A DNA stretch of 64,000 nt, from NCBI RefSeq assembly GCF_055900595.2, contig NZ_CM148325.1. The stretch is one strand, 5' to 3'. Positions within the stretch are counted from its first letter, which is position 1; the number at the start of each line of letters is the position of its first letter. Shown here in pieces: positions 31,402-42,170 of this stretch. The notes beneath the pieces are model-generated. The model was not told the DNA's origin. It saw only the letters and a program-made list of their open reading frames with translations, and searched no databases. The position numbers and the translations under genes were made by a program.

Positions 31402-32864
31402 TCAATCGTCAACTTTCACGCCTGCTGTTGTGCAGCATTCTCGGCAGCACGACGCTGATTTCCGGCTGTGCCCTGGTACGTAAGGATTCTGCGCCTCATC
31501 AACAGCTCAAACCGGAACAAATCAAACTGGCCGATGATATTCATCTTGCCAGCTCCGGTTGGCCGCAGGCGCAGTGGTGGAAACAACTCAATGACCCGCA
31601 GTTGGATGCTTTGATCCAACGGACGCTAAGTGGTTCACACACCCTCGCCGAAGCGAAACTGCGGGAAGAAAAAGCGCAGTCGCAGGCCGATTTGTTAGAT
31701 GCCGGTTCACAATTACAGGTCGCAGCGTTAGGGATGCTCAACCGCCAACGTGTCTCGGCGAACGGCTTTTTAAGCCCTTATGCTATGGATGCGCCAGCAC
31801 TGGGTATGGACGGGCCGTACTATACGGAAGCCACAGTCGGTTTGTTTGCCGGACTGGATCTTGATTTGTGGGGTGTGCATCGCTCAGCGGTTGCCGCCGC
31901 CATTGGCGCGCATAATGCAGCGCTGGCAGAAACCGCAGCAGTAGAGCTATCGCTGACCACGGGCGTAGCGCAGCTTTATTACAGTATGCAGGCCAGCTAT
32001 CAGATGCTCGATCTGTTAGAACAAACTCGCGATGTGATTGATTACGCGGTGAAAGCGCACCAGAGCAAAGTGGCGCACGGCCTGGAAGCGCAAGTGCCTT
32101 TCCACGGCGCGCGGGCGCAGATTCTGGCGGTCGATAAACAAATTGCTGCCGTTAAAGGGCAAATCACCGAAACGCGAGAATCTCTGCGTGCATTGATTGG
32201 CGCAGGAGCCAGCGATATGCCGGAGATCAAACCGGTGGCATTACCGCAAGTCCAGACCGGTATTCCGGCGACACTCTCTTATGAGTTGCTCGCCAGACGC
32301 CCGGATCTGCAAGCCATGCGCTGGTATGTTCAGGCGTCATTAGATCAGGTGGATTCCGCGCGGGCGCTGTTCTATCCGAGCTTTGATATCAAAGCGTTTT
32401 TCGGCCTGGATTCTATCCACCTGGATACCTTATTCAAAAAAACCAGTCGCCAGTTCAACTTCATTCCTGGTCTGAAATTGCCGCTGTTTGACGGTGGACG
32501 GTTGAATGCCAATCTCGAAGGCACGCGCGCCGCCAGCAACATGATGATTGAACGTTACAACCAGTCAGTGCTGAATGCGGTGCGCGACGTTGCCGTCAAC
32601 GGCACGCGTCTGCAAACGCTCAACGACGAGCGAGAGATGCAGGCTGAACGCGTGGAAGCAACGCGCTTCACCCAGCGCGCTGCCGAGGCCGCCTATCAAC
32701 GCGGCTTAACCAGCCGCTTACAGGCCACCGAAGCCCGGTTGCCTGTGCTTGCCGAGGAGATGTCATTACTGATGCTGGACAGCCGCCGGGTGATCCAAAG
32801 CATTCAGTTGATGAAATCGCTGGGTGGCGGGTATCAGGCGGCTCCCGTCTTCGAGAAAAAATAA
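31398..32864 (+). CDS. mdtP: Efflux pump outer membrane factor (OMF lipoprotein)
   Basis: 488 aa; lipobox LISGCALV; 4-nt overlap with mdtO. Confidence 0.85.
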   Translation: MINRQLSRLLLCSILGSTTLISGCALVRKDSAPHQQLKPEQIKLADDIHLASSGWPQAQWWKQLNDPQLDALIQRTLSGSHTLAEAKLREEKAQSQADLLDAGSQLQVAALGMLNRQRVSANGFLSPYAMDAPALGMDGPYYTEATVGLFAGLDLDLWGVHRSAVAAAIGAHNAALAETAAVELSLTTGVAQLYYSMQASYQMLDLLEQTRDVIDYAVKAHQSKVAHGLEAQVPFHGARAQILAVDKQIAAVKGQITETRESLRALIGAGASDMPEIKPVALPQVQTGIPATLSYELLARRPDLQAMRWYVQASLDQVDSARALFYPSFDIKAFFGLDSIHLDTLFKKTSRQFNFIPGLKLPLFDGGRLNANLEGTRAASNMMIERYNQSVLNAVRDVAVNGTRLQTLNDEREMQAERVEATRFTQRAAEAAYQRGLTSRLQATEARLPVLAEEMSLLMLDSRRVIQSIQLMKSLGGGYQAAPVFEKK

Positions 32865-32993
32865 AATGTCAGCCGCGTGATGGCTGTCACGCGGTATTTC
32901 GTTTCGTCACGTCAAAACTGACGACAGCCTGTTTTTCGTCAGAGTTTTGAACAAATAGTGCCCGTAATATCAGGGAATGACCCCAAATAAAAT

Positions 32994-33010
32994 GTGGCAT
33001 AAAAGATGCA
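32994..33010 (+). promoter_or_regulatory. Sigma-54 (-24/-12) promoter of fdhF
   Basis: tggcataaaagatgca fits the TGGCAC-N5-TTGCA spacing (GG and GC 10 bp apart), ~55 bp upstream of the fdhF ATG. Confidence 0.5.
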
Positions 33011-33061
33011 TACTGTAGTCGAGAGCGCGTATGCGTGATTTGATTAACTGGAGCGAGACCG

Positions 33062-35209
33062 ATGAAAAAAGTCGTCACGGTTTGCCCCTATTGCGCATCA
33101 GGTTGCAAAATCAACCTGGTCGTCGATAACGGCAAAATCGTCCGGGCGGAGGCAGCGCAGGGGAAAACCAACCAGGGTACCCTGTGTCTGAAGGGTTATT
33201 ATGGCTGGGACTTCATTAACGATACCCAGATCCTGACCCCGCGCCTGAAAACCCCCATGATTCGTCGCCAGCGTGGCGGCAAACTCGAACCTGTTTCCTG
33301 GGATGAGGCACTGAATTACGTTGCCGAGCGCCTGAGCGCCATCAAAGAGAAGTACGGTCCGGATGCCATCCAGACGACCGGCTCCTCGCGTGGTACGGGT
33401 AACGAAACCAACTATGTAATGCAAAAATTTGCGCGCGCCGTTATTGGTACCAATAACGTTGACTGCTGCGCTCGTGTCTGACACGGCCCATCGGTTGCAG
33501 GTCTGCACCAATCGGTCGGTAATGGCGCAATGAGCAATGCTATTAACGAAATTGATAATACCGATTTAGTGTTCGTTTTCGGGTACAACCCGGCGGATTC
33601 CCACCCTATCGTGGCGAATCACGTAATTAACGCTAAACGTAACGGGGCGAAAATTATCGTCTGCGATCCGCGCAAAATTGAAACTGCGCGCATTGCTGAC
33701 ATGCACATTGCACTGAAAAACGGCTCGAATATCGCGCTGTTGAATGCGATGGGCCATGTCATTATTGAAGAAAATCTGTACGACAAAGCGTTCGTCGCTT
33801 CCCGTACAGAAGGCTTTGAAGAGTATCGTAAAATCGTTGAAGGCTACACGCCGGAGTCGGTTGAAGATATCACCGGCGTCAGCGCCAGTGAGATTCGTCA
33901 GGCGGCTCGGATGTATGCCCAGGCGAAAAGCGCCGCCATCCTGTGGGGCATGGGTGTAACCCAGTTCTACCAGGGCGTGGAAACCGTGCGTTCTCTGACC
34001 AGCCTCGCGATGCTGACTGGTAACCTCGGTAAGCCGCATGCGGGTGTAAACCCGGTTCGTGGGCAAAACAACGTGCAGGGTGCCTGCGATATGGGCGCGC
34101 TGCCAGATACTTACCCTGGCTACCAGTACGTGAAAGATCCGGCTAACCGCGAGAAATTCGCCAAAGCCTGGGGTGTAGAGAGTTTGCCAGCACATACCGG
34201 TTATCGCATCAGCGAGCTGCCGCATCGCGCAGCGCATGGTGAAGTGCGTGCCGCGTACATTATGGGCGAAGATCCGCTACAAACTGACGCGGAGCTGTCG
34301 GCAGTACGTAAAGCCTTTGAAGATCTGGAACTGGTCATCGTTCAGGACATCTTTATGACCAAAACCGCGTCGGCGGCGGATGTCATTTTACCGTCAACGT
34401 CGTGGGGCGAGCATGAAGGCGTGTTTACTGCGGCTGACCGTGGCTTCCAGCGTTTCTTCAAGGCGGTTGAACCGAAGTGGGATCTGAAAACGGACTGGCA
34501 GATTATCAGTGAAATCGCCACCCGTATGGGTTATCCGATGCACTACAACAACACCCAGGAGATCTGGGACGAGTTGCGTCACCTGTGCCCGGATTTCTAC
34601 GGTGCGACTTACGAGAAAATGGGCGAACTGGGCTTCATTCAGTGGCCTTGCCGCGATACTTCAGATGCCGATCAGGGGACTTCTTATTTGTTTAAAGAGA
34701 AGTTTGATACCCCGAACGGTCTGGCGCAGTTCTTCACCTGCGACTGGGTAGCGCCAATCGACAAACTCACCGACGAGTATCCGATGGTACTGTCAACGGT
34801 GCGTGAAGTCGGTCACTACTCTTGCCGTTCGATGACCGGTAACTGTGCGGCACTGGCGGCGCTGGCTGATGAACCTGGCTACGCACAAATCAATACCGAA
34901 GACGCCAAACGTCTGGGTATTGAAGATGAGGCATTGGTTTGGGTGCACTCGCGTAAAGGCAAAATTATCACCCGTGCGCAGGTCAGCGATCGTCCGAACA
35001 AAGGGGCGATTTACATGACCTACCAGTGGTGGATTGGTGCCTGTAACGAGCTGGTTACCGAAAACTTAAGCCCGATTACGAAAACGCCGGAATACAAATA
35101 CTGCGCCGTGCGCGTCGAGCCGATCGCCGATCAGCGCGCCGCCGAGCAGTACGTGATTGACGAGTACAACAAGTTGAAAACTCGCCTGCGCGAAGCGGCA
35201 TTGGCGTAA
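33062..35209 (+). CDS. fdhF: Formate dehydrogenase H (selenocysteine-containing; UGA at 33479-33481 decoded as Sec)
   Basis: Two same-frame ORFs (33062-33481 and 33530-35209) separated only by a TGA; joined product 715 aa; N-terminal Cys cluster CPYCASGC; SECIS hairpin immediately 3' of the UGA. Confidence 0.9.
33482..33525 (+). other. SECIS element (SelB-binding mRNA hairpin) directing Sec insertion at the fdhF UGA
   Basis: cacggcccatcggttgcaggtctgcaccaatcggtcggtaatggc immediately follows the in-frame TGA and matches the fdhF SECIS as I recall it. Confidence 0.7.
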
Positions 35210-35223
35210 TACAGTCCTTTCTA

Positions 35224-35250
35224 CAGCCTCCTGTTGGAGGCTGTTTTTTT
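35224..35250 (+). terminator. Rho-independent terminator after fdhF
   Basis: cagcctcctgttggaggctg followed by a T7 run. Confidence 0.7.
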
Positions 35251-35302
35251 ATCCATTCGAACTCTTTATACTGGTCACTCCCTACCCAATCGTATTATCA
35301 AA

Positions 35303-35992
35303 ATGAAAAAAATTATCGCATTGATGTTGTTTTTGACATTCTTTGCCCACGCGAACGACTCCGAGCCTGGCAGTCAGTATTTAAAGGCAGCAGAGGCCGG
35401 GGACCGACGCGCACAATATTTTCTTGCCGACAGCTGGTTTAGCTCCGGCGATTTGAGCAAAGCCGAATATTGGGCACAGAAAGCCGCCGACAGCGGTGAT
35501 GCTGATGCCTGCGCACTGTTAGCGCAGATCAAAATCACCAATCCGGTCAGTCTGGACTATCCACAAGCAAAAGTTCTTGCAGAGAAAGCGGCGCAAGCAG
35601 GCAGTAAAGAAGGTGAAGTGACGCTGGCGCATATTCTGGTGAATACTCAAGCGGGTAAACCGGATTATCCAAAGGCGATTTCGCTGTTAGAAAACGCCTC
35701 GGAAGATCTGGAGAACGACTCCGCCGTCGATGCCCAAATGCTGCTTGGTTTGATTTACGCCAACGGCGTGGGCATTAAGGCCGACGATGACAAGGCAACC
35801 TGGTATTTCAAACGCAGCTCTGCGATTTCCCGAACCGGTTATTCCGAGTACTGGGCGGGAATGATGTTCTTAAATGGTGAAGAAGGTTTTATCGAGAAGA
35901 ACAAACAGAAGGCGCTGCACTGGCTGAACCTGAGCTGTATGGAAGGGTTTGATACCGGGTGTGAAGAGTTTGAAAAATTAACTAACGGTTAA
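35303..35992 (+). CDS. yjcO: Sel1-repeat (TPR-like) secreted protein YjcO
   Basis: 229 aa from MKKIIALMLFL; signal peptide plus repeated Sel1-like motifs. Confidence 0.75.
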   Translation: MKKIIALMLFLTFFAHANDSEPGSQYLKAAEAGDRRAQYFLADSWFSSGDLSKAEYWAQKAADSGDADACALLAQIKITNPVSLDYPQAKVLAEKAAQAGSKEGEVTLAHILVNTQAGKPDYPKAISLLENASEDLENDSAVDAQMLLGLIYANGVGIKADDDKATWYFKRSSAISRTGYSEYWAGMMFLNGEEGFIEKNKQKALHWLNLSCMEGFDTGCEEFEKLTNG

Positions 35993-35994
35993 TG

Positions 35995-36165
35995 TAGGCC
36001 TGATAAGACGCGGCAAGCGTCGCATCAGGCATTGATGTCGGATGCGGCGTAAACGCCTTATCCGACCTACAAAATCACGCTAAATCAGGCTATTGCGCAG
36101 TCTGGCGTAGGCCTGATAAGACGCGGTAAGCGTCGCATCAGGCATCCACACATTGCCGGGTGTAT
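35995..36165. repeat. Cluster of REP/BIME units
   Basis: Three copies of gtaggcctgataagacgcg...cgtcgcatcaggc / ggatgcggcgtaaacgccttatccgacctac in alternating orientation. Confidence 0.85.
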
Positions 36166-36183
36166 GTCCCCGGCAATCCTCAA

Positions 36184-37497
36184 TTATTGATCCGCAGTTT
36201 TATCAAATTTGCCCAGCACTTCGCGCTCATAAGCCAGCGCTTTCTTACGGTCAAATTTGTGTTCCCACTTGGCAATCACCAGCACCGCCAGCGCGTTACC
36301 CACCACATTCAGTGCCGTACGTGCCATGTCGAGGATACGGTCAACACCGGCAATAAACGCCAGACCTTCCAGCGGGATCCCTACGCTGCCCAGCGTTGCC
36401 AGCAACACCACAAACGACACGCCCGGCACGCCAGCAATCCCTTTCGAGGTCACCATCAGCGTCAGCACCAGAATGATTTCCTGCCAGATGGACAGGTCAA
36501 TGCCATACAACTGCGCGATGAAAATAGCGGCAATACTTTGATACAGCGTCGAACCATCAAGGTTAAAAGAGTAACCGGTCGGCACCACGAAACTGGTGAT
36601 CGACGCCGGTGCACCGTAGGCTTCCATCTTCTCAATAATTCGCGGCAACACGCTTTCAGAGCTGGCAGTGGAGTACGCCAGAATCAGCTCATCTTTCAGA
36701 ATACGAATCAGGATCCAGACGCTTAACCCGCACAGGCGCGCCACAATTCCCAGCACTACCAGCGCGAAGAACAGAATGGCGAAATGCACCAGCAGCACCA
36801 GTTTCGCCAGTGGCCACAGAGACGAGAAACCAAAGTTAGCCACCGTCACCGCAATCAGCGCAAACACACCCACCGGCGCATAACGCATCACCATATGAGT
36901 CACTTTAAACATGGTTTCAGAGATGGAGCGGAACACGGTCACCAGCGGTTCACGATGCGTCGCGGGCAGGGAGGAAAGCCCCAGACCAAACAGTACCGAG
37001 AAGAAGATGATCGGTAACATTTCGCCTTTCGCCATCGACGCCACAATGTTCGTCGGCACCAGAGACAAAATCGTGCCCATAATACCGTGGGAACTGCTCT
37101 GTACCGCTTCTGTAGTGCTCTGATATTTCGAGATATCGACGGTTGCCAGCTGCGACATATCCACCCCGGCACCGGGCTGGAAGACGTTCGCCAGGGTGAT
37201 CCCCAGAATGATGGCGACAGTGGTGATCACCTCGAAATAGATAATGGTTTTCGCGCCAATACGCCCGAGCTGTTTGGCATCACCAACACCCGCGATACCC
37301 ACCACCAGCGTGGAGATCACAATCGGCACAACAATCATTTTGATCAGATGGATGAAGATATCACCCGCCGGAGAGAGCAAATTGACGACCAGCCAGTCGC
37401 GGCTGTCGCTATGGTAGTGCAGGTAGCTTCCCAGGAGAATGCCCAGCACCATAGCAAACAGAATCTGCCAGGCCAGGCTGAATTTTATATTTTTCAT
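36184..37497 (-). CDS. gltP: Glutamate/aspartate:proton symporter (DAACS family)
   Basis: 437 aa multi-TM protein, N-terminus MKNIKFSLAWQILFAMVLGILLG. Confidence 0.9.
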   Translation of the reverse strand: MKNIKFSLAWQILFAMVLGILLGSYLHYHSDSRDWLVVNLLSPAGDIFIHLIKMIVVPIVISTLVVGIAGVGDAKQLGRIGAKTIIYFEVITTVAIILGITLANVFQPGAGVDMSQLATVDISKYQSTTEAVQSSSHGIMGTILSLVPTNIVASMAKGEMLPIIFFSVLFGLGLSSLPATHREPLVTVFRSISETMFKVTHMVMRYAPVGVFALIAVTVANFGFSSLWPLAKLVLLVHFAILFFALVVLGIVARLCGLSVWILIRILKDELILAYSTASSESVLPRIIEKMEAYGAPASITSFVVPTGYSFNLDGSTLYQSIAAIFIAQLYGIDLSIWQEIILVLTLMVTSKGIAGVPGVSFVVLLATLGSVGIPLEGLAFIAGVDRILDMARTALNVVGNALAVLVIAKWEHKFDRKKALAYEREVLGKFDKTADQ

Positions 37498-37838
37498 CAG
37501 AATAACTTCCTCAATGGAGCGCCGTTCCCCGTTCAGAAACGCGAGAACGTGACATACTGCCAGGGCATGAATTGTGTTGCGTTGGTTTGTAGATTTTTTT
37601 AACGCTTATGATCAGTATCATTTGCGCGGTATGTTGCGCAACCCTTTAACAACAGAGCTTTTCGCTGCATTAATGCATAATAACGCGAGTTTATGGCAGG
37701 ATTAATGAATAACCATTTGTTATGGAAAGATTTTTATTTGTTTAACCTGCAATAATACTGATTAGTGATTATTTTGGGCATATGTTCATTCGATTATTTT
37801 TTATGCAGCTCAATAACATAATCTTCATCACCAGATGA

Positions 37839-38435
37839 TTAATCTGATCTCCGCTGCAACAGTTTCGCCAAATTAATCGACTCGACCAGCTGTGTCCGGT
37901 TGATCCGGGGTGAGTTGAGATCCATCACTTTTTGCCATAGTTCGATGGCTTGCGCGTAATTCGCCTGCATAAACGCATCGGAAGCCAGCAGCATCAGAGC
38001 GGTGATTTCGTTAGAGTCCAGCGCGAGGGCTTTGTCGATCATTGCGCGAGTCTGGGCGGTCATATGCTGGCTGGCCTGGTAATAAAGCACCGTCGCCAGC
38101 GCCGCATACAGTTCAGCGTTCTCACCACGTAGTTGCAACGCCTGACGGTACGCCAGCAGCGAATTGCTGTAATCGTTTTGCCACAGATAATACTCGCCCA
38201 GTAACGCCCATTGTTCGCTGTTTTGTGGATTAGCGCGGATTTTATCCTGCAATGCCTGAAGCTGCGCTTCCGGGGTTTGCTGGCTGGCAAACTGATGTAG
38301 CGGATCGCGCTGACGCTGATACTCCGCACGTACCGCCTGCCATTTTGGGCTTAACAGATAACTGCCGATACAGAGAAATACCATCAATATCGTGAGTGTT
38401 GTCAGCATTTTCACCGGTATTTGAGGCTGTTTCAT
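37839..38435 (-). CDS. nrfG: Cytochrome c-type biogenesis protein NrfG (TPR, heme lyase accessory)
   Basis: 198 aa from [10 protein letters not shown]; TPR repeats; overlaps nrfF. Confidence 0.8.
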   Translation of the reverse strand: MKQPQIPVKMLTTLTILMVFLCIGSYLLSPKWQAVRAEYQRQRDPLHQFASQQTPEAQLQALQDKIRANPQNSEQWALLGEYYLWQNDYSNSLLAYRQALQLRGENAELYAALATVLYYQASQHMTAQTRAMIDKALALDSNEITALMLLASDAFMQANYAQAIELWQKVMDLNSPRINRTQLVESINLAKLLQRRSD

Positions 38436-38815
38436 CGCTTCGCCCTTACCCGCCAGAGGATCAGTATCATCAGCAGTAACAACACCACTGGCAGCGCCCA
38501 CAACACCAGCGTCTGACCGGTTAACGGTGGGTTATAGCGAACAAAATCTCCGTAGCGTTCGGTCATCCAGCCAATGATTTCGACTTCACTTTTCCCCTCC
38601 GCCACCATGCTGTAAACCTGATGGCGCATACTGACTGCCACCGGCGCATTGGATTCCAGTAAGTTCTGATTCTGGCACTGCGGGCAGCGTAACTGGCTGG
38701 CAATATTTAACGCCTGTTCCTGTTGTTGCGGATTGGCGAATTGCCAGGTGTCTACAACCTGAGCGCGCGCAAAACAGGTAAATAACAGCAGTAGCGTGAG
38801 AAGCCCTTTATTCAT
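38432..38815 (-). CDS. nrfF: Cytochrome c-type biogenesis protein NrfF (CcmH-like)
   Basis: 127 aa; signal peptide; CPQC motif (LRCPQCQNQ). Confidence 0.8.
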   Translation of the reverse strand: MNKGLLTLLLLFTCFARAQVVDTWQFANPQQQEQALNIASQLRCPQCQNQNLLESNAPVAVSMRHQVYSMVAEGKSEVEIIGWMTERYGDFVRYNPPLTGQTLVLWALPVVLLLLMILILWRVRAKR

Positions 38816-40490
38816 CGCGCTTCCTCCCCCGCCATCCGCTTAACAATGCGCCCGCAATCATCAACAATCCTCCCCCCCAGATCCAGCGCACACCGCGTTG
38901 TACATACAAACGAAAAGCGTAACGATCCGGTCCGGTTTTCTCGCCCATGACCGCATACCAGTCATGGATGCCGTTCCAGCGAATTGACGGTTCCATCATT
39001 TGCTGACGACGTGCTTCGTAAAAACGCCGCTCCGGCGTTAATTCACCAATGCGTTGCTGATGGTCAAACAGCGCCACTATCGCTTTTTCGCTGGTGTAAT
39101 TGCCTTTGGCTTGCAGATCGAGGCGCTCAAAACGGAAGGTGTATCCTGCCAGAGTCACCTGCTGACCCGGCTGTAAATTCAGGCTGATCTCCTGATGGCT
39201 GACGCTTGAAACCACGATCCCCGCGGCAAATAACAGCACACCCGCATGCGCCAGCAGCGCCGGAAGCTGCACGCGTTTGCCAGAGACAAACGTCGCCAGC
39301 ACAATCACCACCAGCATCAACAGACCAAACGGTAACGTCGCGCGGTTAAAATACGGCGCGCCAACGGAGAGGCGTCCCCAGCCCAGCAGGCCGTAAATCA
39401 TCGGATAAAGCGTTCCCACCAGCACTATCAGTAGCACTGCGCAAAACAGCAACAGCGTAGCGAGGATTAACATTTCCCGCGATAACCCCGAAAAACGCAC
39501 CGCCGGGCCACCGTCCCGCGCTCGCCAGCCATACAGAGCCAGAGACGCAAGGCTAATCAGTGCAAACAGGCTGAACAACGGCACGGCGCGGACGTTATCC
39601 AGTGCGAACGCATGAACCGAAACCAGAATGCCAGAACGGACAATTAAGGTGCCCAGCAGCGACAGCATCAGAGTAACTATCGCCAGTAACAGCGACCAGT
39701 GGCGGAAAATCCCCCGCTGGCGTGTCAGGGACAAACTGTGCAGCAGCGCAGTGGCAGAAAGCCAGGGTAATAAAGAGGCGTTTTCCACCGGGTCCCAGAA
39801 CCACCAGCCGCCCCAGCCCAGTTCGCAATAGGCCCACCAGGAACCAAGGATGATCCCCGCCGTTAATGCGCTCCAGCCAGGTAGTGCCCAACGCCAGCAA
39901 ATTCGGGCGTTGACACCATCAAACTCGCCGCGCAGTAGACTCGCCAGCGCCACGCTCGCCGCTACCATCAAACCGCCATAGCCAAGATAAAGCAGCGGTG
40001 GATGAAAGATAAGACCGGGATGTTGCAGCATCGGATTGAGATCGCGACCTTCGATTGCTGGTGGAAATATCCGCACGAAGGGATCGGACCACAGCACCAC
40101 AAACAGTAGCAGTGCGGCGAGCATGAGAGATAAAACGGCTAGCGTCAGCGGAAATAGCGGATCGGTTTGCTGCCGATAATGCCAGGCAAACAGCGCGCTC
40201 CACGCGGAAAGGAGTAGCACCCAAAGTAGCAGCGAACCTTCATGCCCTCCCCACACTGCCGCCAGTTTGAGTTCCCACGACAGCAGGCTGTAGCTATGTT
40301 GGGCGACATAAATGACCGAGAAATCGCTGATGAGAAAACAATACGTCAGTACGCCAAAAGCGATCAGCAGGAGCGCGAACTGTGCCAGAGTGCCGATGCA
40401 AGTGAGTCGCATCATGGCAGGCCAGCGCAACCGCACTCCCGCAAAGGTTGTCAACGGGGTCAACACGTTGACCCCAAGACTTAACAACAA
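38808..40490 (-). CDS. nrfE: Heme lyase NrfE (CcmF-like); exact start uncertain
   Basis: ~552-560 aa polytopic membrane protein with CcmF-like Trp-rich segments; operon position. Confidence 0.8.
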   Translation of the reverse strand: MLLSLGVNVLTPLTTFAGVRLRWPAMMRLTCIGTLAQFALLLIAFGVLTYCFLISDFSVIYVAQHSYSLLSWELKLAAVWGGHEGSLLLWVLLLSAWSALFAWHYRQQTDPLFPLTLAVLSLMLAALLLFVVLWSDPFVRIFPPAIEGRDLNPMLQHPGLIFHPPLLYLGYGGLMVAASVALASLLRGEFDGVNARICWRWALPGWSALTAGIILGSWWAYCELGWGGWWFWDPVENASLLPWLSATALLHSLSLTRQRGIFRHWSLLLAIVTLMLSLLGTLIVRSGILVSVHAFALDNVRAVPLFSLFALISLASLALYGWRARDGGPAVRFSGLSREMLILATLLLFCAVLLIVLVGTLYPMIYGLLGWGRLSVGAPYFNRATLPFGLLMLVVIVLATFVSGKRVQLPALLAHAGVLLFAAGIVVSSVSHQEISLNLQPGQQVTLAGYTFRFERLDLQAKGNYTSEKAIVALFDHQQRIGELTPERRFYEARRQQMMEPSIRWNGIHDWYAVMGEKTGPDRYAFRLYVQRGVRWIWGGGLLMIAGALLSGWRGRKRDE

Positions 40491-40545
40491 CGCCAGAAAA
40501 CCGACTTCAGGAAGGAATACGTCCAGAAACCACCTCTTTTCTGGC

Positions 40546-41502
40546 TTACGCCACCGTCAACTGCCCAGCGTAGAGAATGAAAAAGCGCAGCATCAACACC
40601 CCGACCAGGCTGGCCCCACACGCCGCCAGCACGGCAGGAATCCCGGAACTGCGATTGACCCACGGTTTGAGCAACATTGGCACAATCAGCCCCAGCCCGG
40701 CGACACCAAGCCAGAACCACCACGTCCAGAAACCACCGCCCAATGCTGCCACCAGCGCACGCACTTTGCCGTCATCGCCCAGCGCCAGGCCAACAAAAAA
40801 CGCCACCAGCAGGAAGATTTCGCCCCATACCACAGGGATTTCCATCCGGTGAACAAAGTGCGCTTCCGTGGAATGCGGATTACTGCGCTGGCGTATCGCC
40901 ATAGCGATCAACGCCACCGCCGCACCGGACGAGATGCCGGAGAAGAGGAATAGCACCGGTAAAATCGGATTATTGAGGAACGGATATGATTTCAGCGCAG
41001 ACAGCAGAAAGCCGGTATAAGCCCCCAGCAACACCGCCAGCACCAGCATCAGCGTTTCCAGTCCGCGGTGAACGGGCGTCAGCAGGCTCAGAACCTTTTG
41101 CACAATTCCCAGCTTCGGCAACCAGCGTTGTTGCAGGGCAAGCAAATCATGTTCAAAGATTTTCGCCAGCCACAACACCAGCACCACCATGTAGAGCTGA
41201 AACAGCATCACCCCCATCGACATCACCGAGGTAAAACTGTAGTGGAACATCAGCTTCCAGAAGGTCCACGGTCTTGTCAGGTGGAAGACGAGGATCAACA
41301 GACCGAGGATCACCGCGCCAGGCCCGACAATCAGCGTGGTGCGCAGCAACGTACTGTCTGCACCGCCCGCCTGTGGGTAGAAGCGACGTAACAGCACGGC
41401 CAGCGTCACCAGACCGGCAGAAATACCAATCAAAAACAGGTAGATGGCAATCGGCCAGTCCCACACCAGCGATTCAAAATGAAATGCGGAAGTCTGCGTC
41501 AT
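40546..41502 (-). CDS. nrfD: Nitrite reductase membrane subunit NrfD (putative quinol oxidase)
   Basis: 318 aa, 8-TM NrfD/PsrC family. Confidence 0.85.
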   Translation of the reverse strand: MTQTSAFHFESLVWDWPIAIYLFLIGISAGLVTLAVLLRRFYPQAGGADSTLLRTTLIVGPGAVILGLLILVFHLTRPWTFWKLMFHYSFTSVMSMGVMLFQLYMVVLVLWLAKIFEHDLLALQQRWLPKLGIVQKVLSLLTPVHRGLETLMLVLAVLLGAYTGFLLSALKSYPFLNNPILPVLFLFSGISSGAAVALIAMAIRQRSNPHSTEAHFVHRMEIPVVWGEIFLLVAFFVGLALGDDGKVRALVAALGGGFWTWWFWLGVAGLGLIVPMLLKPWVNRSSGIPAVLAACGASLVGVLMLRFFILYAGQLTVA

Positions 41503-42170
41503 TGGCTCACCTCCCCGTATTTAAACGGTACGCGGTACAGCTTCGGTTTGGTTCCCAGCGCCAGCTTGTAGCGGTAAGTGGGCTTCTGGCGTAGCAGTTG
41601 CGAAATCTCACTGTTGGGATCGTCCAGATTGCCAAACGTCAGCGCCTTCGTCGGGCAAGCCTCAACGCACGCGGGGAGCTTACCGGCCTGCAAATTGGTC
41701 TTACGGCAGAAATCGCATTTGTCCGCCGTCTTCGTGACCGGATGGATAAAGCGCACGCGGTACGGACAGGCGGCGATGCAGTACTGACAACCGACGCAGA
41801 GATCTAGGTTAACATCGACAATCCCGCTGGCAGCATCGCGAAAAGACGCACCCGTTGGGCAGACGTCAACGCACGGTGCATGGTCGCAGTGCTGGCAAGA
41901 CTTACGAAAGAAGCGATATTTCACATCAGGAAATTCGCCCTGCGGCTCGCTACGAATAATTGTCAGGCGCGAGACGCCTTCCGGCACCTTGTTCACTTCC
42001 CGACAAGCATCCATACAGGCAGTACAGCCGATGCATAACGACTCGTCATGCACCATGCCGTAACGCACCCCATTGATATTCAACGTTTTCGCCACCACGC
42101 GTCCTGCGGTGCCGCTGACGGCTGCCAGCACGCCGACGCCGGTGAGAAACTGGCGACGAGACCAGGTCAT
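41499..42170 (-). CDS. nrfC: Nitrite reductase Fe-S subunit NrfC
   Basis: 223 aa; Tat signal RRQFL; several CxxCxxCxxxCP 4Fe-4S motifs. Confidence 0.85.
   Translation of the reverse strand: MTWSRRQFLTGVGVLAAVSGTAGRVVAKTLNINGVRYGMVHDESLCIGCTACMDACREVNKVPEGVSRLTIIRSEPQGEFPDVKYRFFRKSCQHCDHAPCVDVCPTGASFRDAASGIVDVNLDLCVGCQYCIAACPYRVRFIHPVTKTADKCDFCRKTNLQAGKLPACVEACPTKALTFGNLDDPNSEISQLLRQKPTYRYKLALGTKPKLYRVPFKYGEVSQ

Noticed and set aside
36160-36726. 188-aa plus-strand ORF overlapping gltP
   Set aside because: Antisense to gltP; His/Arg-rich, out-of-frame artefact.
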